DNA from: Piedraia hortae CBS 480.64
Taxonomy: Eukaryota
Assembly (NCBI GenBank): GCA_010093745.1
Contig: MU005981.1
Location: forward strand, 1 to 64,000
Direction: 5' to 3'
Length of the DNA stretch: 64,000 bases
Part shown: piece after piece, positions 60,571 to 64,000 of the stretch
Position numbering within the stretch: position 1 is the first letter of the stretch
Layout: each line of letters starts with the position of its first letter
The notes under the pieces: generated by a model
What the model was told of the DNA's origin: nothing
Databases searched by the model: none
What the model saw: the letters and a program-made list of their open reading frames with translations, nothing else
Made by a program: the position numbers and the translations under genes

Positions 60571-62700
60571 GCTCACGCTCTACCAACATGGTACTGCCCA
60601 GTCGAACCCAGGCTGCCAGCGCTTCAAGTGGTTTCATATGGAAATTTTCAGTCACTCGTTTTTAAATAATTGTAGTGCTCGTCAATACAGCAATCGACTT
60701 GCCTCTCAAGACGCATCTCATTCAAATTGATGACACAACCACCTTGCACGAAATGAAAACAGACTTACAACGGTACTCCGCGCCAGACTTGCAACAGCGA
60801 GGGAAAAATCTATCCAGTCACCTCGAACAACTTCTCAAAGGCCCAATCTCTCGTAATCCTCGAAATCAGACCTCTCAGAAAACTCTGCCTAAACGTCTAC
60901 ATGCAAGAGCAGGCTTTCGAGTGAAAAACCTGGAAAATCTCAATTATTGTTAAAGAGGGCTTCACCGAAGCCTGGCATGCAGCAATGAGCCGCATCATCT
61001 ACCAATTTCTCACAGGTGAAGAGAGGTCAATACGCTTAATGTTTCATACTTGAGCGACAATCATATTGTCTGGCAAACCGTCCCTCCGTACCCGCAGAAA
61101 GATGAACATGACAAGCATTTCGCAATATTTGTTACGAGTGAAACCCACCGTCCCCATGGCGCCTGCCATGGGATCTGCATAAAGCTTTCACCTAACGCGG
61201 TCACTTAAACTGCGTTGTCCCGATGCATCTAGGCGCACAGCTGGGAATGTCTGGTGCTTTCCTGCCCTCCGCAATATAACCCTTTCCCATCGTCCATAAT
61301 CCGAAAAGAGACACCGCATTATCTGCGCTATCTGGACTGTTTCCAATACCACTTAAGTGACCCGTCACAATGGGTAGCAAACTCACTTGCGGTGGAATTT
61401 CTCGAAAGGTAGCTCCGACACAGTCATCCAGATGTCCGGGCTATAGCAGGATGTATAACGATATTTTGTTCTAAGAAACCGATATAATCTCACGAACAGG
61501 TTTAAGAAAGCGACGAATGAATGGGTTGAGATAAACAAGGGTCAACGAGGGGACGAGTGAAGGGAGGTGCGTTTCTGAGGACGCTACAAAGGTCAATGCC
61601 ATTGCATGAATAAAGTCAACGAATGTCCCCGTAACATTCCAATCTCTCATGGAGGAGGTGAACAGAGGCATGCCAGACGACGTCTTAGGTATACAGGACG
61701 TCCTTTGATGTGGAGCTGACAAGCTACCTTAGCTCGAGACCAAACTTGGTCAGGAGATTAAAATGCTCGACATTTATAGTCTGGCACTCAAGCTCCAGAC
61801 GTGCCGATGGTTTGTCACGTCCAGAGAGTCCCTGGATTCAACGTCAATTGACACGGGCAGAAGATTTAATCGATCAAGACATCAACACATTTATCAGAAC
61901 TTCCAGCCAGAGCACCCACTTCGTGGAGGGAGGTGCCTGCAGTCATCTTGCCGAACTCGCTAATGGATCCATCCCGCGAAGATCAAGGTGATCCACATCG
62001 CACGTTTCAAATATCTTGCGTCAATTTGTTTGACTGCAGCTGTCTTGCTTGCTATTGCTCGGAGCTACCTAGACGTAGTGAAACAGAGGCTAGCTCTGGT
62101 CCACTTTGAGAAGCCAAGGGGGCAAAAGATTTACCTGTTTGATGGACGGCCAGAGGCGTAAGTTTTTCGGAGGCAATCACCTGGGAGGTCATTGACTGCG
62201 GCGTCGTTTGTGGTGTTTGGTTGAGCCTTTTGTTGTCTTATAGGGGCGTTAGAGTTAGGAAGTTTTCCACCCAGTATTCAGTCTCTTTTCCAGCACTACT
62301 GATATGTCGTTCTCATGGCTTCATTCACTACATTTCGTGCGAGAAAGGCGGAAGATCATCATTGTCCTCGTGCCATCAATGGGGGAGATAAAGCAGTCCC
62401 GTCCGGTTTCAATAGACCGTTTTCATGAATCGCTTTGAGTTGTTGAATTTGTTTGCGCATGATGTCGATCCCAAGCTGGGATCTAAAACGGCCATATTTG
62501 GTTACGAAGGCCTATCTATGAGCTGAAACAGGTCAGAAAAGATGCGACGCGAGTTGTGTGCTTAGCATTGTTATGGTTCGAATACATGCGTGCTTGACAT
62601 GCTTGTTGCTTTGTGTGTGTAGGTTTTGGTTTCTGATGGACAAAAATCTGCTAGGATATAGAGGGGCTCCTTCCACTGGGGAGAACATCGGTTGAGATCA

Positions 62701-62703
<3 letters not shown>

Positions 62704-62784
<81 letters not shown>
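62704..62784. repeat. (CAT)27 microsatellite
   Basis: Perfect trinucleotide run read directly. Confidence 0.98.
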
Positions 62785-62786
<2 letters not shown>

Positions 62787-63608
62787 CCATATTCGTCTCA
62801 CGGCCTCGTCTTCCCGCATCATCTCTTGAGCTCTCAAAAGAGCCCGAAAGAGGGAGATGAGGGAGTTTTGGCTCAAGTGCAACTCGTTTCCCTGGATTGA
62901 AACGCTGTGGTACATTCCATGCATATAAGCAACCTTTCTAGGACCCATGCCTCGTTCACGAACGATTCGTTGAAGCTCTGAGTTCGCCGCGAGGGATTCC
63001 TCTAACGCGAGTGTAAGAAAAGGTGTTATAAGCAAGGTTTGAGACAACCTCAAGCAAAATAAAGTCTCGAAGGCGAATCCAGGTGGGCCTGAGTGGCAAC
63101 TCTTGACATCGCAACAATGACCCGATCCAGCAAGTCTCTCTTCTTTCCTCCCACAATATTTTCCAATCCCAGGAAACCATAGCCGCAAGATAGCGTGCAT
63201 TAACTCAAGAGTATTTCAGCCGAGCTGTGCAGAGCGCCTGAAATACCGTCGAGGAGAAGTTCACACGCCACAGCCATCACAAGCTCCATCATGTCTCTTT
63301 TCCTACTTCCTCCCTCGAGTTTCTTTAACCTCAGCCCTCCGCACCGCCAAGCCACCATACCTTCTCTCAAGAAATGTTCGGCCAAGGCGGCCTGTAACAC
63401 CGCTATGGAGACACTCATCCGCCGTCTCAAGGATAACAACCTCCAAATCCCAGCATTGCAAGCCAGAACGTCGCCTCTCGCCTCCCACGCTATATTCGTA
63501 CGCCCTCTTTCCTCTCCACCGAAAAGTCGACACCCCGGCCAAGCGCTCTCTTAAACAAAATATAAGAAACCACTTCAAGAGCCCTATCGCCGATCCCGAG
63601 AAGGCTAT

Positions 63609-63866
63609 TAGCATGGTGAGCCCTGTGTCATATGAAATATATTGGTGGTAGGTAGAACGCCCGAGGCTTCGCAGAGTTTTCTGCCTCATTGAGAAGATCT
63701 CCCCTGTGACGAGGTCACGTCATCGCGTGGTCTCGGCAAATGCGGTCTGGCCAACTGTGGGTCTGTGGAGGACGTTGCGTTAGCTCTCAGCACCTAGAGG
63801 TACACATTTACCCACATCTTTTCACCTAGACTTCACGTCTTAGCTATCCTCCATGTCACCGACACA
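63609..63866 (+). repeat. dispersed repeat family C (LTR-like); inverted ends TGTGTC (63624) and GACACA (63866), no TSD
   Basis: Homologous to 52735-52990 and to the reverse complement of 12297-12472. Confidence 0.88.
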
Positions 63867-64000
63867 AAAGATCAAGTCCTATTGGCAGAACAGGAGGACT
63901 GGGAAGCTATCGTCATATCTATGATCCAGCTGAAGTTGTCGATTTTGAGTAGGTGAAGTCATTTCTGAGAGGCATTGAAGTAGCCCTTGCCGTTCAACGT

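Noticed and set aside
62784..63439. Minus-strand ORF pieces ending at the (CAT)27 tract
   Set aside because: Multiple stops and frameshifts with no recognisable domain; the poly-Asp reading is not supportable

Overview
Fungal genomic DNA; Pezizomycotina is likely from the short (mostly 44-51 nt) GT-AG introns with CTRAC branch points, and a Dothideomycete origin is inference only. Compact blocks of housekeeping genes alternate with decayed mobile DNA. Genes: eIF5B, a Yip1-domain protein, an FAD monooxygenase, a degenerate patatin, a GCP6-like gamma-tubulin complex subunit, a head-to-head BIM1/X325-like copper protein plus ferric/cupric reductase, a secreted Ser/Thr-rich protein, SPF1, MIA40, thiamine pyrophosphokinase, KAP104, Cullin-1 and SSH4. 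Mobile DNA: several LTR or LTR-like families (two solo LTRs with perfect 5-bp TSDs), Ty3/gypsy gag-PR-RT-RH pieces, a copia RT piece, an interrupted Helitron Rep, pogo/Fot1 and Harbinger transposase pieces, and a RecQ/telomere-linked-helicase relic. The most unusual signals are: (i) twin 28-nt hairpins with four fully compensated base-pair changes, flanked by Gcn4/AP-1 sites, inside one LTR; (ii) a ~45-bp hairpin-forming motif shared by about nine copies from otherwise dissimilar LTR-like families; (iii) an LTR-less gag-protease cassette sitting in the RT-RNase H linker of a gypsy element. All calls are by eye; no searches were run.
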